From assembly GCA_963736855.1 (NCBI GenBank), contig CAVTQK010000020.1, forward strand, positions 96,001-160,000: a stretch of DNA of 64,000 bases, written 5' to 3'. The notes below the pieces were generated by a model. It was not told the origin of the DNA and ran no database searches. It was given only the letters and a program-made list of their open reading frames with translations. Made by a program: the position numbers and the translations under genes. Source of the DNA: an uncultured delta proteobacterium. Its GTDB lineage: Bacteria; Desulfobacterota; Desulfobacteria; Desulfobacterales; UBA2156. This document shows, piece by piece, positions 13,107-24,510 of this stretch (positions within the stretch are counted from its first letter, which is position 1; every line of letters begins with the position of its first letter).

Positions 13107-14537
13107 ATGACATTCGAACCGATCATCGGGCTTGAGGTCCACGCCCAGCTCAAAACCAAGACCAAGATTTTTTGCGGGTGTTCCACCGTGTTCGGAAGTC
13201 CTCCCAACACCCACATCTGTCCGGTATGCCTGGGAATGCCGGGGGTGTTACCGGTACTGAACAGAACGGTAGTCACCTATGCCGCGAAAATGGCGCTGGC
13301 CACCCACTGCACCCTCTCCCGTGTCAGCCGGTTTGCCCGGAAGAATTATTTCTATCCGGATCTCCCCAAAGGGTACCAGATCTCCCAGTATGAAGAACCG
13401 CTGGCTCAAAAAGGGGTTATTGAAATCGAAACCGACGGGCAGAGCAAACGGATCCGTATCACCCGGGTTCACATGGAAGAAGATGCGGGAAAACTCACCC
13501 ATGATCTCCATCAGGGTTTTTCCCGGGTGGATTTCAACCGTACCGGGGTACCGCTCATTGAAATCGTGAGCGAACCCGACATCTCCTCCCCCCGGGAAGC
13601 CGCGGCTTATCTCAAGCAACTCCGATCCATCCTCCGCTACCTGGATGTGTGTGACGGGAATATGGAGGAAGGGAGCTTCCGATGCGACGCCAATATTTCC
13701 ATCCGGAAAAAAGGAACAACAACACTCGGAACGCGAACGGAACTGAAAAACCTCAATTCGTTCAAGCACGTGGAACGGGCCCTCCAAATTGAAATCGAAC
13801 GCCAGACTGAGATCCTTCAAGACGGGGGTCACATCCTTCAGGAGACCCGGCTTTACGATCCGGACAAAGACCGAACCCGTTCCATGCGGGGAAAGGAGGA
13901 GGCTCACGATTACCGGTATTTTCCGGACCCCGACCTGATTCCCATAGAACTCGATGAAGATTGGATCGAAGCAATTCGACAAAGCCTTCCGGAATTGCCG
14001 GATGAAAAAAGAGCTCGCTTTATCGATGCATACTGTCTTCCTGCATATGACGCCGATATCCTCACTTCCAGCAGGGAACTGGCCGACTATTTCGAAAATT
14101 GCGTCCGATCTTTCCCGCAGCCTAAGTTGGTAAGCAACTGGATCATGGGACCGCTTCTTGGACTCCTTGGCGCCCGGGGTTTTTCCATCGAAAAGAGCCC
14201 TGTTTCCTATGGTTACTTAGCCGAGCTGCTGGGCCTCATCGATCAGGGGGTGATCAGTCAGAAAATCGCCAAAAACGTCTTTGACGAGATGGCTGAAACC
14301 GGAGAAACTCCCAAGGCTATCGTGGAAAAAAAAGGACTGTCGCAGGTCAGCGACACCGATATTCTCGAAGCAGCGGTCCGGCGCGTCCTCGACCGATCGC
14401 CGGACGAAGTCAGTGCTTACCGGGACGGAAAAGTCAAACTGTTCGGCTACTTCATCGGACAGATCATGAAAGAAACCCGGGGAAAGGCCAACCCCAAGCT
14501 GGTCAATGAAATCTTGGAAAAATGGCTTTCCGGATAA
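13107..14537 (+). CDS. gatB: Asp-tRNA(Asn)/Glu-tRNA(Gln) amidotransferase subunit B
   Basis: [44 protein letters not shown]. Confidence 0.97.
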   Translation: MTFEPIIGLEVHAQLKTKTKIFCGCSTVFGSPPNTHICPVCLGMPGVLPVLNRTVVTYAAKMALATHCTLSRVSRFARKNYFYPDLPKGYQISQYEEPLAQKGVIEIETDGQSKRIRITRVHMEEDAGKLTHDLHQGFSRVDFNRTGVPLIEIVSEPDISSPREAAAYLKQLRSILRYLDVCDGNMEEGSFRCDANISIRKKGTTTLGTRTELKNLNSFKHVERALQIEIERQTEILQDGGHILQETRLYDPDKDRTRSMRGKEEAHDYRYFPDPDLIPIELDEDWIEAIRQSLPELPDEKRARFIDAYCLPAYDADILTSSRELADYFENCVRSFPQPKLVSNWIMGPLLGLLGARGFSIEKSPVSYGYLAELLGLIDQGVISQKIAKNVFDEMAETGETPKAIVEKKGLSQVSDTDILEAAVRRVLDRSPDEVSAYRDGKVKLFGYFIGQIMKETRGKANPKLVNEILEKWLSG

Positions 14538-14598
14538 CGACCGGCTTTTTACCCGGATCGTATTCCGGATGACCGAATTTAAAAAGGAGCATTTGTTC

Positions 14599-16254
14599 AT
14601 GAACCCAAAACAGCATCGGATTCCCTTTTTTATTTTAATCTTTCTTTTCACGGCAACCTTTGTCGCGGCAAGAAATTCCGCGGCAACTCCGCTTCGGGTG
14701 GCCATCCTCCCCTTTCAGATAAATGCTCCGTCCGAGCTTTCGCATCTCAAACAAGGGATTGCCGACATGCTGGCCTCCCGCCTGACCTGGGAAGACAAGG
14801 TCGTGGTTTTTCGGGTAGATGATCCGGCAAAAGAAACTCAAAAAGGCCCGATCAGCGAAAAAGCGGCTCGGGAGATGGGAGCTGCCCTTCAGGCAAATTT
14901 GGTCCTTTTTGGAAGCCTCACCGCACTGGGCAACAGCATCAGCATCGACATCAAGCTCGTCGATCTTTCCGGTGAAAAACCGGTCCGCACTTTTTTTGTC
15001 CAAAGCCTCTCCCTGGATGAGGTGATCCCCAAAATCGATCTTTTGGCCTCCGACATCAATGAAGAGGTCTTCGGCCGGACACTGGCAAAGAAAGAACCGG
15101 CCCATCAGCCTGCACCCCAACAGCCGAAGGACGATTCCCGCACGCATCCGGAAAAACTGGTCCAGGGCGGATTCCAGGACAGCGGCGGCGCCGGCCAAAG
15201 TGAAATTTTCCTGCCGGGACCCGAGGCATCCTCGAGGGCTAACTTTTGGAAAAGTTCCAATTTCGGATACCTCATCAATGGAATAACCTTAGGGGATGTC
15301 AACGGCGATAAAAAGCCAGAAACCGTGGTCGTTACCCCCTCCGAAGTGCGTATCTTTTCGATGGAAGCCAACCGATTCAAAGAGATTGCAAAAATCGACA
15401 TGGGACGCTTTATCCACATCGTGGGTGTCGATTCAGCGGACATCAACGGAAACGGATATGCTGAAATTTTTGTGAGTGCCACAAACACTCAAAAAAACGC
15501 GGCCCAATCCTTTATCCTGGAATTCAATGGAACCCAGTATGTCCCGATATTGGAAAACAGCCCATGGTTTTACCGGGTAGTAGACCAACAGACAGGGAAA
15601 CCGATATTGCTGGGCCAGAAAATCAGTCTCGGTGATCCTTTTTCCGGTGATATTGTCGAATTGACCTGGAAAGAAAAAAAACTTTCCCGAGACCGAACGG
15701 TATGGGACAAGGCTGGATTGAACCTGATGGGATTTTCCCTGGGAGATGTGCAAAATAACGGGCAGCCGCTTTATCTGGCATACGATTCTTACGATCACAT
15801 CCGGCTTCTGGGATCGTCGGGTAAGGCCTTGTGGGAAGGAAGCGACAAACTCGGAGGAAGCACCCTCTATTTTACCCTCTCCCAGGTGGACCCCGGTGTG
15901 GAAAATATCCAGTATCTTCCCATGCGCCTTGTCGTTCAGGATATCAATAACGATGGGAAAGCCGATGTCATCGTTGCTAAAAACCACGAGATGGCAGGCA
16001 GGCTTCTCGATCGCTTCAGGGTCTATACCAAATCCCAGTTCCAGTTTCTTTCCTGGGATGGTATCGGGCTCTCCCTGGTTCAGGAAACCCGAGCCATCTC
16101 CGGGTTTGTCCGGGACTTTTTCATCGGTGATTTCGATGCCGACGGAAAGGACGAACTGGTGGCTGCCATTGTCATCAAGGAAGGGAGTATGGCCTTTACA
16201 GAGCCTAAAAGCACCATTATTGCGTACGAGATGAATGATATGCCAAAACGCTGA
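14599..16254 (+). CDS. Exported FG-GAP/VCBS-repeat protein with N-terminal TolB-like alpha/beta domain
   Basis: AAGGAG RBS, signal peptide, VAILPF, repeated GDVNGD/ADINGNG/DINNDG/GDFDADG. Confidence 0.75.
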   Translation: MNPKQHRIPFFILIFLFTATFVAARNSAATPLRVAILPFQINAPSELSHLKQGIADMLASRLTWEDKVVVFRVDDPAKETQKGPISEKAAREMGAALQANLVLFGSLTALGNSISIDIKLVDLSGEKPVRTFFVQSLSLDEVIPKIDLLASDINEEVFGRTLAKKEPAHQPAPQQPKDDSRTHPEKLVQGGFQDSGGAGQSEIFLPGPEASSRANFWKSSNFGYLINGITLGDVNGDKKPETVVVTPSEVRIFSMEANRFKEIAKIDMGRFIHIVGVDSADINGNGYAEIFVSATNTQKNAAQSFILEFNGTQYVPILENSPWFYRVVDQQTGKPILLGQKISLGDPFSGDIVELTWKEKKLSRDRTVWDKAGLNLMGFSLGDVQNNGQPLYLAYDSYDHIRLLGSSGKALWEGSDKLGGSTLYFTLSQVDPGVENIQYLPMRLVVQDINNDGKADVIVAKNHEMAGRLLDRFRVYTKSQFQFLSWDGIGLSLVQETRAISGFVRDFFIGDFDADGKDELVAAIVIKEGSMAFTEPKSTIIAYEMNDMPKR

Positions 16255-16265
16255 TTCGGAATATT

Positions 16266-16459
16266 GATGGCTTCGTAAAAAGGTTCATCTGCTGCGTCGC
16301 ACTGCAAGTCTTTTCGCAAAAAGTGCGAAGGGTTGAGCGTTAAGACATCTCAAGCTGTCTCAGGCACTTGTGCCGAGTTCTTGAGATTTAGCGAAACCCT
16401 TTGGACTCTTCCGAAAAGAATTGCGGCCCGAGAAAAATCGGCCTTTTTACGATTTCATC
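16266..16459 (+). mobile_element. MITE-like element copy A
   Basis: GATGGCTTCGTAAAAAGG...CCTTTTTACGATTTCATC inverted ends flanked by AATATT direct repeat (16260-16265, 16460-16465). Confidence 0.8.
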
Positions 16460-16477
16460 AATATTGAAAGCGCACAT

Positions 16478-16513
16478 AAAAAACCCCGGGGTGATCGCTC
16501 ACCCCCGGGGTTT
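16478..16513 (-). terminator. Rho-independent terminator after porin gene
   Basis: Minus strand AAACCCCGGGGGTGAGCGATCACCCCGGGG followed by T6. Confidence 0.8.
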
Positions 16514-16546
16514 AGTTTTATTGAACGTTAAGCGATCAGGTCAAAA

Positions 16547-17601
16547 TTAGAAATTAATCTGAGTCTTAACGCCAAAATAGGTCAGCTTGCCTTCGTCAGC
16601 GCCAGCCCGGCTGTCCTGGTAGTCGTAAATGCCGATTTCCGGAACCAAAAAGAAACCCTTGGCCGGAGAGATCGTGGCCTGGATGTAATAAACCATGGTC
16701 TCGTCATCCGACTGACCCGCCACATCGGTTTCATTGGTGACCATGCCGATACCGCCTTCAAAGGACAGCATATCGCTCACCTTGAAGCCGACGGCCCCTG
16801 CATAACCCAGGGTCGTGGTGTCTTGAATGGTACGGTTAACAAGCTGAGCACCATCCGCACCCACAGTGTTGGAGCCGTAATCCCCGGTGTTCTGGCCGTA
16901 ATGAGCGCCGACCTGGACATAAGCCGGTCCGAAATCGAAGGTGGCCTTGACGCCGACTACATAGGAATCCACGGAATAATCCGGGGCTTCAGCCGAATTT
17001 TCCACGTCAAAGGAATTGTATCCGCCGAAGACGCCGACGGAAAACTTGTCGGCTTTGAAGTCATAGCGGGCTTCGATTTTGGGTAAAGAATTGTCCACGT
17101 CGCCGCTGTTATCCCCGGTCAGACGCGCGCCCGTGGGGCGAACCAAAGCCACCTGGAGCCCGGCGACCTGGAGCTGGATCATCGGTTGCCGGCCGGCATA
17201 AAAGCCACCCATAGTCCAGCATATTGTCGTCATCGCCGAAAACCTGGTTTCCAACGGTGAACAAGGTCGGGGTGTAGTCCTGGCCGACTTCCAGCTCGCC
17301 GGCGCCGAAATTCCATTTTCCATAAAGGAGCCGCAGGTTGACACCGGTGCCGTATTCGAACCGACCGGTGATGGCGTCGGCCTTCACATTGGCTCCGATC
17401 CGGGCGTTGCCCTGGAGGTTATGGGTCAAACCGTCATCACCGAGATCTGCTCCATGCGGCCCATCCAGTTCACGATCTGTCCCAGAAGGTCTTCATACGG
17501 GCGCTGCCGTAGAAGCTCCAGTCTGCCGCCGTGACCGGGACGGTAAAAGCCACGACCATCGCCGCAGCCACAAACAATACGAACAGTTTCTTCATCTTCA
17601 T
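16547..17601 (-). CDS. Major outer-membrane porin, interrupted by several frameshifts (probable sequence errors)
   Basis: AAGGAGG RBS, signal peptide MKMKKLFVLFVAAAMVVAFTVPVTAA-DWSFYGSARM; fragments 17109-17429 and 16547-17344 show beta-barrel pattern ending YFGVKTQINF. Confidence 0.75.
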
Positions 17602-17731
17602 TTCCTCCTTAACGTGCATTTGTCTTCATCAAATTTCGTGCGTCCTTCATCGTTGCAGCCGATTTTGCGTATCTTCCGTTCCCACCCCCTTTCGCCTATC
17701 CAAAAGATTAAGGACATGGAAAATATGGCAC

Positions 17732-17760
17732 TTTATAACAACCGCGTTATTCCCTGTCAA
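17732..17760 (-). promoter_or_regulatory. Putative sigma70 promoter of porin
   Basis: Minus strand TTGACA-17bp-TATAAA. Confidence 0.7.
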
Positions 17761-17776
17761 GCTATTTTTCAGGATT

Positions 17777-18796
17777 TCATGCCAAAAAACATGCGACTTC
17801 GTGCCCCGGTTCTACCTCCCTGAAGAGGGGGATCTGGTCTTTGCAGGGGGACTCCTCTCCTTTTGCACATCGGCTGTAAAAGGGACATCCCGCCAAACCG
17901 GAAAATTCACGCTCTCTTTTTAAAAGCGTATTGTATCGGCCGGTTTTTTCGCCGTAGGCAAAGCGGGGAAGGGCATCGATGAGGGCCTGGGTGTAAGGAT
18001 GCCTGGGATGGGTGATGACCGCTTTTCCTTCTCCCATCTCCACCAGATTGCCCCGATAGATAACCGCGATGCGATCGCACAGGTATCGGGCCGCCGCCAA
18101 GCTGTGGCTGATGAAAAGAAAGGTCACATCGAAGCGTTTTCTAAGCTCCGAAAGGATGTCGAAAATCTGGATGGAAATAGGCGCGTCCAGCATGGAAGTG
18201 GGTTCGTCGGCCACCATCAGTTCGGGATTCAGAATCATGGCCCGGGCGATGGCCACCCGTTGCCGCTGGCCGCCGGAAATCTGATGCGGAAAGCGGTCCA
18301 AAAAATCCTCGGGGGGTGACAGGCGAACCGACTGGAGTATCTCGTAAACACGGTCTGTCCGTGAATTGCCGTTTCCCTTCCTGTGTATTACCAGGGGCTC
18401 TTCCACGGCATCGAAGACGGAAAGCCGGGGATTCAGGGATTGATACGGATCCTGGAAGATCATCTGCACCCGGGCTCGGAAACTTTTAAGATTCCGTCCT
18501 CGCAAGAGGGTGATCTCCTTTTGATTCAGAAAAATTTTCCCGGAGTCGGGCTCCTCCAATTTGACGATGAGTCGCCCTGCCGTGGTCTTGCCGCTTCCGC
18601 TCTCCCCGATGAGCCCGAAGATCTCTCCTTTGCGGATGGAAAAGGATATCCGGTTCAAAGCCGTAACGCTCTTTCCGGTGCCCTTGAAAAACGATCGGAC
18701 CTGCCGGTAGGTCTTTGTCAGCTCGTAAAGCCGCAGGATCTCGGAGTCGGCGTTTTTATCTATGGCCAGTGTCTCCTTCATAGGCACCGGTTGCAC
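17777..18796 (-). CDS. Oligopeptide/dipeptide ABC ATPase (OppF-like)
   Basis: GESGSGKT, QMIFQDPY, ISGGQRQR, HPYTQAL, Cys-rich C-terminus. Confidence 0.9.
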   Translation of the reverse strand: MQPVPMKETLAIDKNADSEILRLYELTKTYRQVRSFFKGTGKSVTALNRISFSIRKGEIFGLIGESGSGKTTAGRLIVKLEEPDSGKIFLNQKEITLLRGRNLKSFRARVQMIFQDPYQSLNPRLSVFDAVEEPLVIHRKGNGNSRTDRVYEILQSVRLSPPEDFLDRFPHQISGGQRQRVAIARAMILNPELMVADEPTSMLDAPISIQIFDILSELRKRFDVTFLFISHSLAAARYLCDRIAVIYRGNLVEMGEGKAVITHPRHPYTQALIDALPRFAYGEKTGRYNTLLKREREFSGLAGCPFYSRCAKGEESPCKDQIPLFREVEPGHEVACFLA

Positions 18797-19736
18797 AAAA
18801 CCCGATGGGTCGGGCCAGCCGATACGTACTTAATGGGCTGCAGTCGGCAGGCTGATTCCGCGTAAGGGCAGCTCGTACAAAAGCGGCATCCCGGCACCGG
18901 ATCGATGAGATCCGGGCCGTCTGCCGAAACTTGATGCTTCCGGATAACCTTTTCCTTGACCGTCAAAAAAGAGGACAGGAGCAATTGAGTGTAAGGATGC
19001 AGGGGCGTTTCCAGAACGGATTGCCTATCCCCGTATTCCACGAGGTGTCCACCGTAGAGGACGCCGATGTCGTGGCATACCTCCGCCACTACCGCAATGT
19101 CGTGGGAGATATAGATCATGCCGATGTCAAAGGCTTCCTGGATCCGTTTGGCCTCCTGGAGAATCTGATCCTGAACAATCACATCCAGGGCCGTTGTGGG
19201 TTCATCCGCAATGATCAGCTTCGGCCGGAGCGCCAGGGCCATGGCGATGACGGCCCGCTGTTTCATTCCCCCGCTATATTGATGGGGAAAATCCCGCATA
19301 CGGGATCTCGGAATCCCCACCTGATCAAAGAGCGCCTCCACCCGTTCCCGGATCATTTCCTGAGGAGTCTCCGGCTCATGGGTCAAAATCGCCTCGGCGA
19401 TCTGATCGTCCACGTGATGCACCGGATTCAGGGCGTTCATGGCAGCCTGAAATATCATGGCGATCTTTTTCCACCGGATCTCCTGCATCTCCTCTGCAGG
19501 CTTTTTTGAATCAGGTCTTCCCCCTCAAACAGGATTCGTCCTTTTAAAATCTTTCCGTTTGGAGGCAGGAGCCTCAGGATGGCCATTCCCAGAGTGGTCT
19601 TTCCACATCCCGACTCTCCCACGAAGCCTAAAGAGCGACCAGGGTCCACTGTAAAGGAGACATCGTCCACTGCCTGGAGGATTCCCTTTTCGGTATGGTA
19701 CCCGATACTCAGTCCTTCAACCTCAAGCAGCGCCAT
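18778..19736 (-). CDS. Oligopeptide/dipeptide ABC ATPase (OppD-like), frameshift near 19500
   Basis: Walker A GESGCGKT in 5' fragment; YSGGMKQR, ADEPTTALD in 3' fragment. Confidence 0.85.
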
Positions 19737-19737
19737 T

Positions 19738-20670
19738 TCAGAATCTCTCCCCTTCCTTGCGCAGCCGGGGGTCCAGGACCTCATCCATGGCACGGCCCAA
19801 GAGATAAAAGGATAGGGTGATGAGCGAAATGCAAATCCCGGGGGGCAACAGCCAGTAAGGGGCCTTGAACATGTGTCCGGTCTTCCAGACCCACTGGAGC
19901 ATCATCCCCCAGCTCACCGTGCCCGGATCGCCGAAACCCAAAAAGGCCAGCGCTGCCTCGATGTTGATGGCAGCGGTGACGCGGAAGGTCATATACAAAA
20001 ACGATAAAGGAAGCACATTGGGCATGATGTGCCTGAAGATGATGCGCAGATGAGAAGCGCCTGCGACCCTGGCGGCCTCGATGAAGGGGCGTTCTTTCAG
20101 AGTCAATGTCTGGGCGCGGATGACCCGGGAAACACCCGGCCAACGGAACAGGGCAATGATCAGGACGATGCTCCAGATATTGAGTTGCCCGAAAAGGGCG
20201 GCCAGTATCAGGACCACCAGAAGGGTCGGCATTACCATGATCATATCCGCTGTCCGCATCAAGAGGGTGTCGGTCCATCGGCCCATGTATCCGGCGGTCA
20301 TCCCGATGAGCGTCCCTAAAACGATGCTCACGAAAGCCGACGAGATCCCAACGGTAAAAGCCACCCGTGCGCCGGCTAGGAGCTGGCTGAAAAGATCCCG
20401 GCCCATGAAATCGGTCCCTAGCCAGTGTTTGACACTCGGTCCGGTGGAACAGGTAATCATGGGATCCACCCCGCTCATGGGACGGTACATGGGGTCGATA
20501 TAGGGCGGAATGAAACTGCAAAAGGCCATGAGGACAAAAACAAAAAGCAGACCAAGCCCGATTTTGCCCAGCAGATTCTTTTTATAGACGGCCCACCCTT
20601 CCTTCCAGCGCTCAATGTGGTGTCGGTGCCTGGACCGGGTTTTGCTGATCTTTCTTAAACGCTCGGGCAC
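19738..20670 (-). CDS. Peptide ABC permease (OppC-like)
   Basis: HWLGTDFMGRD, EAARVAGASHLRIIFRHIMPN. Confidence 0.9.
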   Translation of the reverse strand: MPERLRKISKTRSRHRHHIERWKEGWAVYKKNLLGKIGLGLLFVFVLMAFCSFIPPYIDPMYRPMSGVDPMITCSTGPSVKHWLGTDFMGRDLFSQLLAGARVAFTVGISSAFVSIVLGTLIGMTAGYMGRWTDTLLMRTADMIMVMPTLLVVLILAALFGQLNIWSIVLIIALFRWPGVSRVIRAQTLTLKERPFIEAARVAGASHLRIIFRHIMPNVLPLSFLYMTFRVTAAINIEAALAFLGFGDPGTVSWGMMLQWVWKTGHMFKAPYWLLPPGICISLITLSFYLLGRAMDEVLDPRLRKEGERF

Positions 20671-20681
20671 CTCTCCCCCTA

Positions 20682-21659
20682 TTAGTAGCGGATCCGTGGA
20701 TCCAGATAGGCATAAATCATGTCGACAACCACATTGGATACCAGCACCACCGCTGAAATTAGGAGGAAGGCGGCCTGGGCCAGGGGATAGTCGTTGTGGC
20801 TTACTGAAAATACGAGCTCCCTGCCGATCCCCGGCCAGGTGAAGACCGTCTCAGTTAAGGCACCCCCGTTGATGGAAAAGGCCAAGCTCAACCCGATGCT
20901 GGTCACCACAGGAAGCGCCGCATTGGGAGCTGCGTGTTTGTCTCGAATGACTTTTTCTTTAAGACCCTTGGCCCTTGCTGTCAGGATATAATCTTCCTTG
21001 AGCGTTTCCAGCATGGAGCTGCGCATGATGAGAAGATATGAGCCGAAATAGATCAAAGACAGGGTAAAAACGGGAAGGGCCATGTGGTAGGCCACATCCA
21101 GGCCCTTGGCTAAAATTCCTGAAGATGGGTTCAGGAAAATCTCTTCCGAGATCATGCCGTTGATGGGGAACCACCCCAGACGAAACGCAAAGACCCAGAT
21201 CAGGATTAGCGCCATCCAGGGCAAAAAGACCGTGTGGGTCGCCAAGGCCAAAAGCGTCAGGAGGGTATCGGTTTTTTCCCCTTTCCTCCAGGCAGCAATT
21301 TTGCCCAAAAAGACACCGATCAACGCGGAGAGGATCACCGATGAGGTAAATAGGAGCACTGTATTGGGAAACCGGTCCCAGATAATCTCCATGACCGGCC
21401 GGCCGTAATGAAAAGAGTACCCCAGGTTGCCTGAAAAAAAATTTTTTACATAGTACAGATACTGGATCCACAGGGACCGGTCCAAACCGAGCTGGGAAAT
21501 CAAATGGGCTGCGTCTTCCGTCGTCATCTCAGGCCCGATCATCCGTGAGATCGGATCTCCCGGGGCGATTCTGAAGAGGACGAAGAGGATCGTGAGGATC
21601 ACGAAAAACGCAATTCCGATCTGGATCGTGCGACGACGGGCGTATCGCCACATCTCCAT
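20682..21659 (-). CDS. Peptide ABC permease (OppB-like)
   Basis: PGDP, DYILTARAKGL, ETVFTWPGIG, YAYLDPRIRY. Confidence 0.9.
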   Translation of the reverse strand: MEMWRYARRRTIQIGIAFFVILTILFVLFRIAPGDPISRMIGPEMTTEDAAHLISQLGLDRSLWIQYLYYVKNFFSGNLGYSFHYGRPVMEIIWDRFPNTVLLFTSSVILSALIGVFLGKIAAWRKGEKTDTLLTLLALATHTVFLPWMALILIWVFAFRLGWFPINGMISEEIFLNPSSGILAKGLDVAYHMALPVFTLSLIYFGSYLLIMRSSMLETLKEDYILTARAKGLKEKVIRDKHAAPNAALPVVTSIGLSLAFSINGGALTETVFTWPGIGRELVFSVSHNDYPLAQAAFLLISAVVLVSNVVVDMIYAYLDPRIRY

Positions 21660-21694
21660 GGTCAGTTTCCTTTTGACGCCTTGTTATAAAACTA

Positions 21695-23413
21695 TCATGG
21701 TTGAATCGGTTTCAAAAGGCAAAACGACCAGGTATTTCCGATTCCTTCTAAATTGTTCACCCAGCCTGAAAACCGATCATTTCGAGCCGCCTCGATTATT
21801 TTGGGAGTATATAAAGGAAGATAAGGAAGATCCTTCATGAGCATTTTCTGCATCTGGCATATCAATTTTTTGCGTTCGTTTTTGTCCATGGTGGAAGCGC
21901 TTAAATCCGAGATCCGGTCAAACTCCGGGTTATGGTATCCGCTCATGTTTTGGTCTCTGGCTTTGTCGTGGCGGGAATGGAAGAAGGTGCGGATCCAGTC
22001 CGGGTCCAGAGAAAGCTGGCCGTAGGCCAGTATAAAGGCATCAAATTCCCTCCGAACTTTGATTTGGTCTACAAGGGATCCGAAAGCCATGGGTTTGGCC
22101 GATACCGGCATCCCAAAACAGCGCAGCCATTCCTGAATAATGGTACCGCTTATGGCCCTTAGGGGATCATAGTCTGCCGGGGGGGTCAGAATCGTAAAGT
22201 TTTGCATGGGCTGCCCTCCTGGAATCCGGATCTCCTCGGCCTGGGTCACCACCCCTGCTTCATTGACCGGCGGAACCTTCCAGGTATATCCCGCATCTTT
22301 TAATAGCTTAAAGGCCTCTTTAACCCGTTGGTCTTGGGAAAGGCCCCCACCCCAGTCCTTATCGGGGCGGCAATGGTAAAATTTATTTCCGGACGGCACC
22401 ACGGTCTCCATCCGCTCCCCCTCTCCCTGGAGGATCCTGGAAATGATAAAGTCTTTGTCGATGAGGGTCGCCACTGCCCTCCTGAGTGCAACATCATCAA
22501 ATGGCGGCTTCTTGAGGTTGAATCCCATGTAGTACATGGCGCTTCTTTCATTTCTAAAAAGCTCGATTTTCGGATCTTTCTTCAGATCCTCAAGGTATCC
22601 GGCCTGCACCGACCACCAGAACATGTCGATATCTCCCTTTTTTAAAGAGAGGATGGCAGCGTCGGAAGTTCCGAAAAATTTAAAGATGATCCCGTCGATA
22701 TAGGGCCCGAGGGTTTTTCCGCAAACCAAAAGGTCTTTGCCGAAAAAATGAGGATTTGGAATCATGAACAGGTAAGCCCCCTCTTTCCATTCCTTGAGCG
22801 AAAATGGCCCGTTTCCAATGGGTTTTTCCACTTTGTGGTTGATCAAGGTGGTCAGAGGCTTTTCGGCGTTTCTGGCTTTTTGAACCACCGGTTCCCACTC
22901 TTTTTTCGAAACGATGGGAGTGGTCAGCGTTCTGGATAAAAAGACGGCCATCGGTTCTTCGAGAACGAAGCGAATGGTCTTAGGACCTAAAACTTCGATG
23001 GCTTTAACGAAGCTCCATCGGTCATAATGCCGGGGTATCTTGAATTCTTTGATCAGGGTTCCCGTGAAGGCCACATCTTCTGCGGTCAATTCGGATCCGT
23101 CCGACCATTTGGCGTTTTTCAGCGTTACCGTATAACTGAGAGTTTCCGAGTCATACTCCGGGAGTTTTTCGGCCAGCCAGGGGATCAAATTGAGGGTTTC
23201 CGGATCCCGGGTGACGAGCCCCTGGTAGATCTCGGAGAGTACGGAGAGGGACCAGCGGTCGCTGGCTAGCCAGATATTCAGCGTTTTAGGTTCCTCGGAA
23301 AGCCCCACCTTGAGATACTGGACCTGTTTTGAAGCTCCGAAACCCACCGTCGACCCAAAGAGGATGGCTGCTATTGCCATTAAAAATAACGGTTTTTTGC
23401 CCATTAATATCAT
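21695..23413 (-). CDS. Peptide ABC substrate-binding protein (SBP family 5)
   Basis: Signal peptide, PWLAE, KWSDGSELTAEDVAFT, IGNGPF, PPFDDVALRRA. Confidence 0.9.
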   Translation of the reverse strand: MILMGKKPLFLMAIAAILFGSTVGFGASKQVQYLKVGLSEEPKTLNIWLASDRWSLSVLSEIYQGLVTRDPETLNLIPWLAEKLPEYDSETLSYTVTLKNAKWSDGSELTAEDVAFTGTLIKEFKIPRHYDRWSFVKAIEVLGPKTIRFVLEEPMAVFLSRTLTTPIVSKKEWEPVVQKARNAEKPLTTLINHKVEKPIGNGPFSLKEWKEGAYLFMIPNPHFFGKDLLVCGKTLGPYIDGIIFKFFGTSDAAILSLKKGDIDMFWWSVQAGYLEDLKKDPKIELFRNERSAMYYMGFNLKKPPFDDVALRRAVATLIDKDFIISRILQGEGERMETVVPSGNKFYHCRPDKDWGGGLSQDQRVKEAFKLLKDAGYTWKVPPVNEAGVVTQAEEIRIPGGQPMQNFTILTPPADYDPLRAISGTIIQEWLRCFGMPVSAKPMAFGSLVDQIKVRREFDAFILAYGQLSLDPDWIRTFFHSRHDKARDQNMSGYHNPEFDRISDLSASTMDKNERKKLICQMQKMLMKDLPYLPLYTPKIIEAARNDRFSGWVNNLEGIGNTWSFCLLKPIQP

Positions 23414-24432
23414 CTTCTTCCCATCCGCTTGTGTGTGTTCTTTCCGGCTTTCATATCCTTGACCCGGTCTTCTATAAAATCGATTACATGAGCTTCCAAA
23501 CGCACATGATTGAGCTGGTTGATCCGGGGGATTCCGCCCGGACTCACGCAGTTAATCTCCACCAGCTTGTCCGCGATAACGTCGATCCCCACGAAGTAGA
23601 GTCCATCGGCAATCAGTTTATTCTTAATCGTTCTACAAATCTCTTTCTCCTGGGGGGTAATCTCATGGCGGTGCGCCTTTGCGCCTGCGTGGATGTTGGT
23701 TCTGAAATCCCCCTTTTTCGGCATTCGTCGCATAGCCCCCAGGATTTCGCCGTTGAGTATGAGGATCCGGACATCCCCCTCTGCTTTGACTTCCTCCAGA
23801 TACTCCTGAACCATAATGGGTTCCCGTTCCGGATAGTCTTTGTATGCGCGGATATAGTAATGAATCAACGAGTTAAGGTTCTCCCGATCCCGGTCGCTGA
23901 CCTTGATCACCCCCTCACCGCCGAATCGCGCCAGCGGCTTGAGTATCATGGCTCCCCCAAATTCATCAATGAGCTTTTTGAGGCGGACCGGATCCCTGGA
24001 GACGTGGGTTTCGGGAATGATATCCGGAAAGTTCAGGGTGTAAAGCTTACTGTTTCCCATGATCTGTCCCAGGATGCTGTTGATGATGAAGACCCGGTTG
24101 CTGACCGGTTGGAGAAATTCCATTACCTGGTAATTGAGAGGTGGATTTTTCCGCAAAAAAAGGGCATCCAGCTCATATAGGGTTTCGAAGATCAGTTCGT
24201 CCTTTTTCAAGCACGTAACCAGCTCCCGCCAGTACCGCTTCATGGTAAGGCCTTTAGAAACGGTGATGTTTCGCATCCTGGCCACTACTTCCTCTTTACG
24301 AATGTAGACGTCGTGAGGCTCCAGGAAGTAGACGCTGTGCCCCCGCTCATTGCATTCATACATGAGATGGCTGGTGGTTTCGTTGATCGGTCGGATCGAC
24401 CCTAATGGATCCATTAGAAACGCGATTTTCAT
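23410..24432 (-). CDS. gshB: Glutathione synthetase-like ATP-grasp ligase
   Basis: MKIAFLMDP, LRKNPP, ILKPL, GDVRI, DFRTNIHAG, EINCVSPGG. Confidence 0.8.
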   Translation of the reverse strand: MKIAFLMDPLGSIRPINETTSHLMYECNERGHSVYFLEPHDVYIRKEEVVARMRNITVSKGLTMKRYWRELVTCLKKDELIFETLYELDALFLRKNPPLNYQVMEFLQPVSNRVFIINSILGQIMGNSKLYTLNFPDIIPETHVSRDPVRLKKLIDEFGGAMILKPLARFGGEGVIKVSDRDRENLNSLIHYYIRAYKDYPEREPIMVQEYLEEVKAEGDVRILILNGEILGAMRRMPKKGDFRTNIHAGAKAHRHEITPQEKEICRTIKNKLIADGLYFVGIDVIADKLVEINCVSPGGIPRINQLNHVRLEAHVIDFIEDRVKDMKAGKNTHKRMGRR

Positions 24433-24510
24433 CTTCCCTTGTCCTTATGAAAAGGATTTCTGACGTTTTTAGTGCATCTTCCCATAGGAATCAACCCCTT
24501 CGACAAACAT

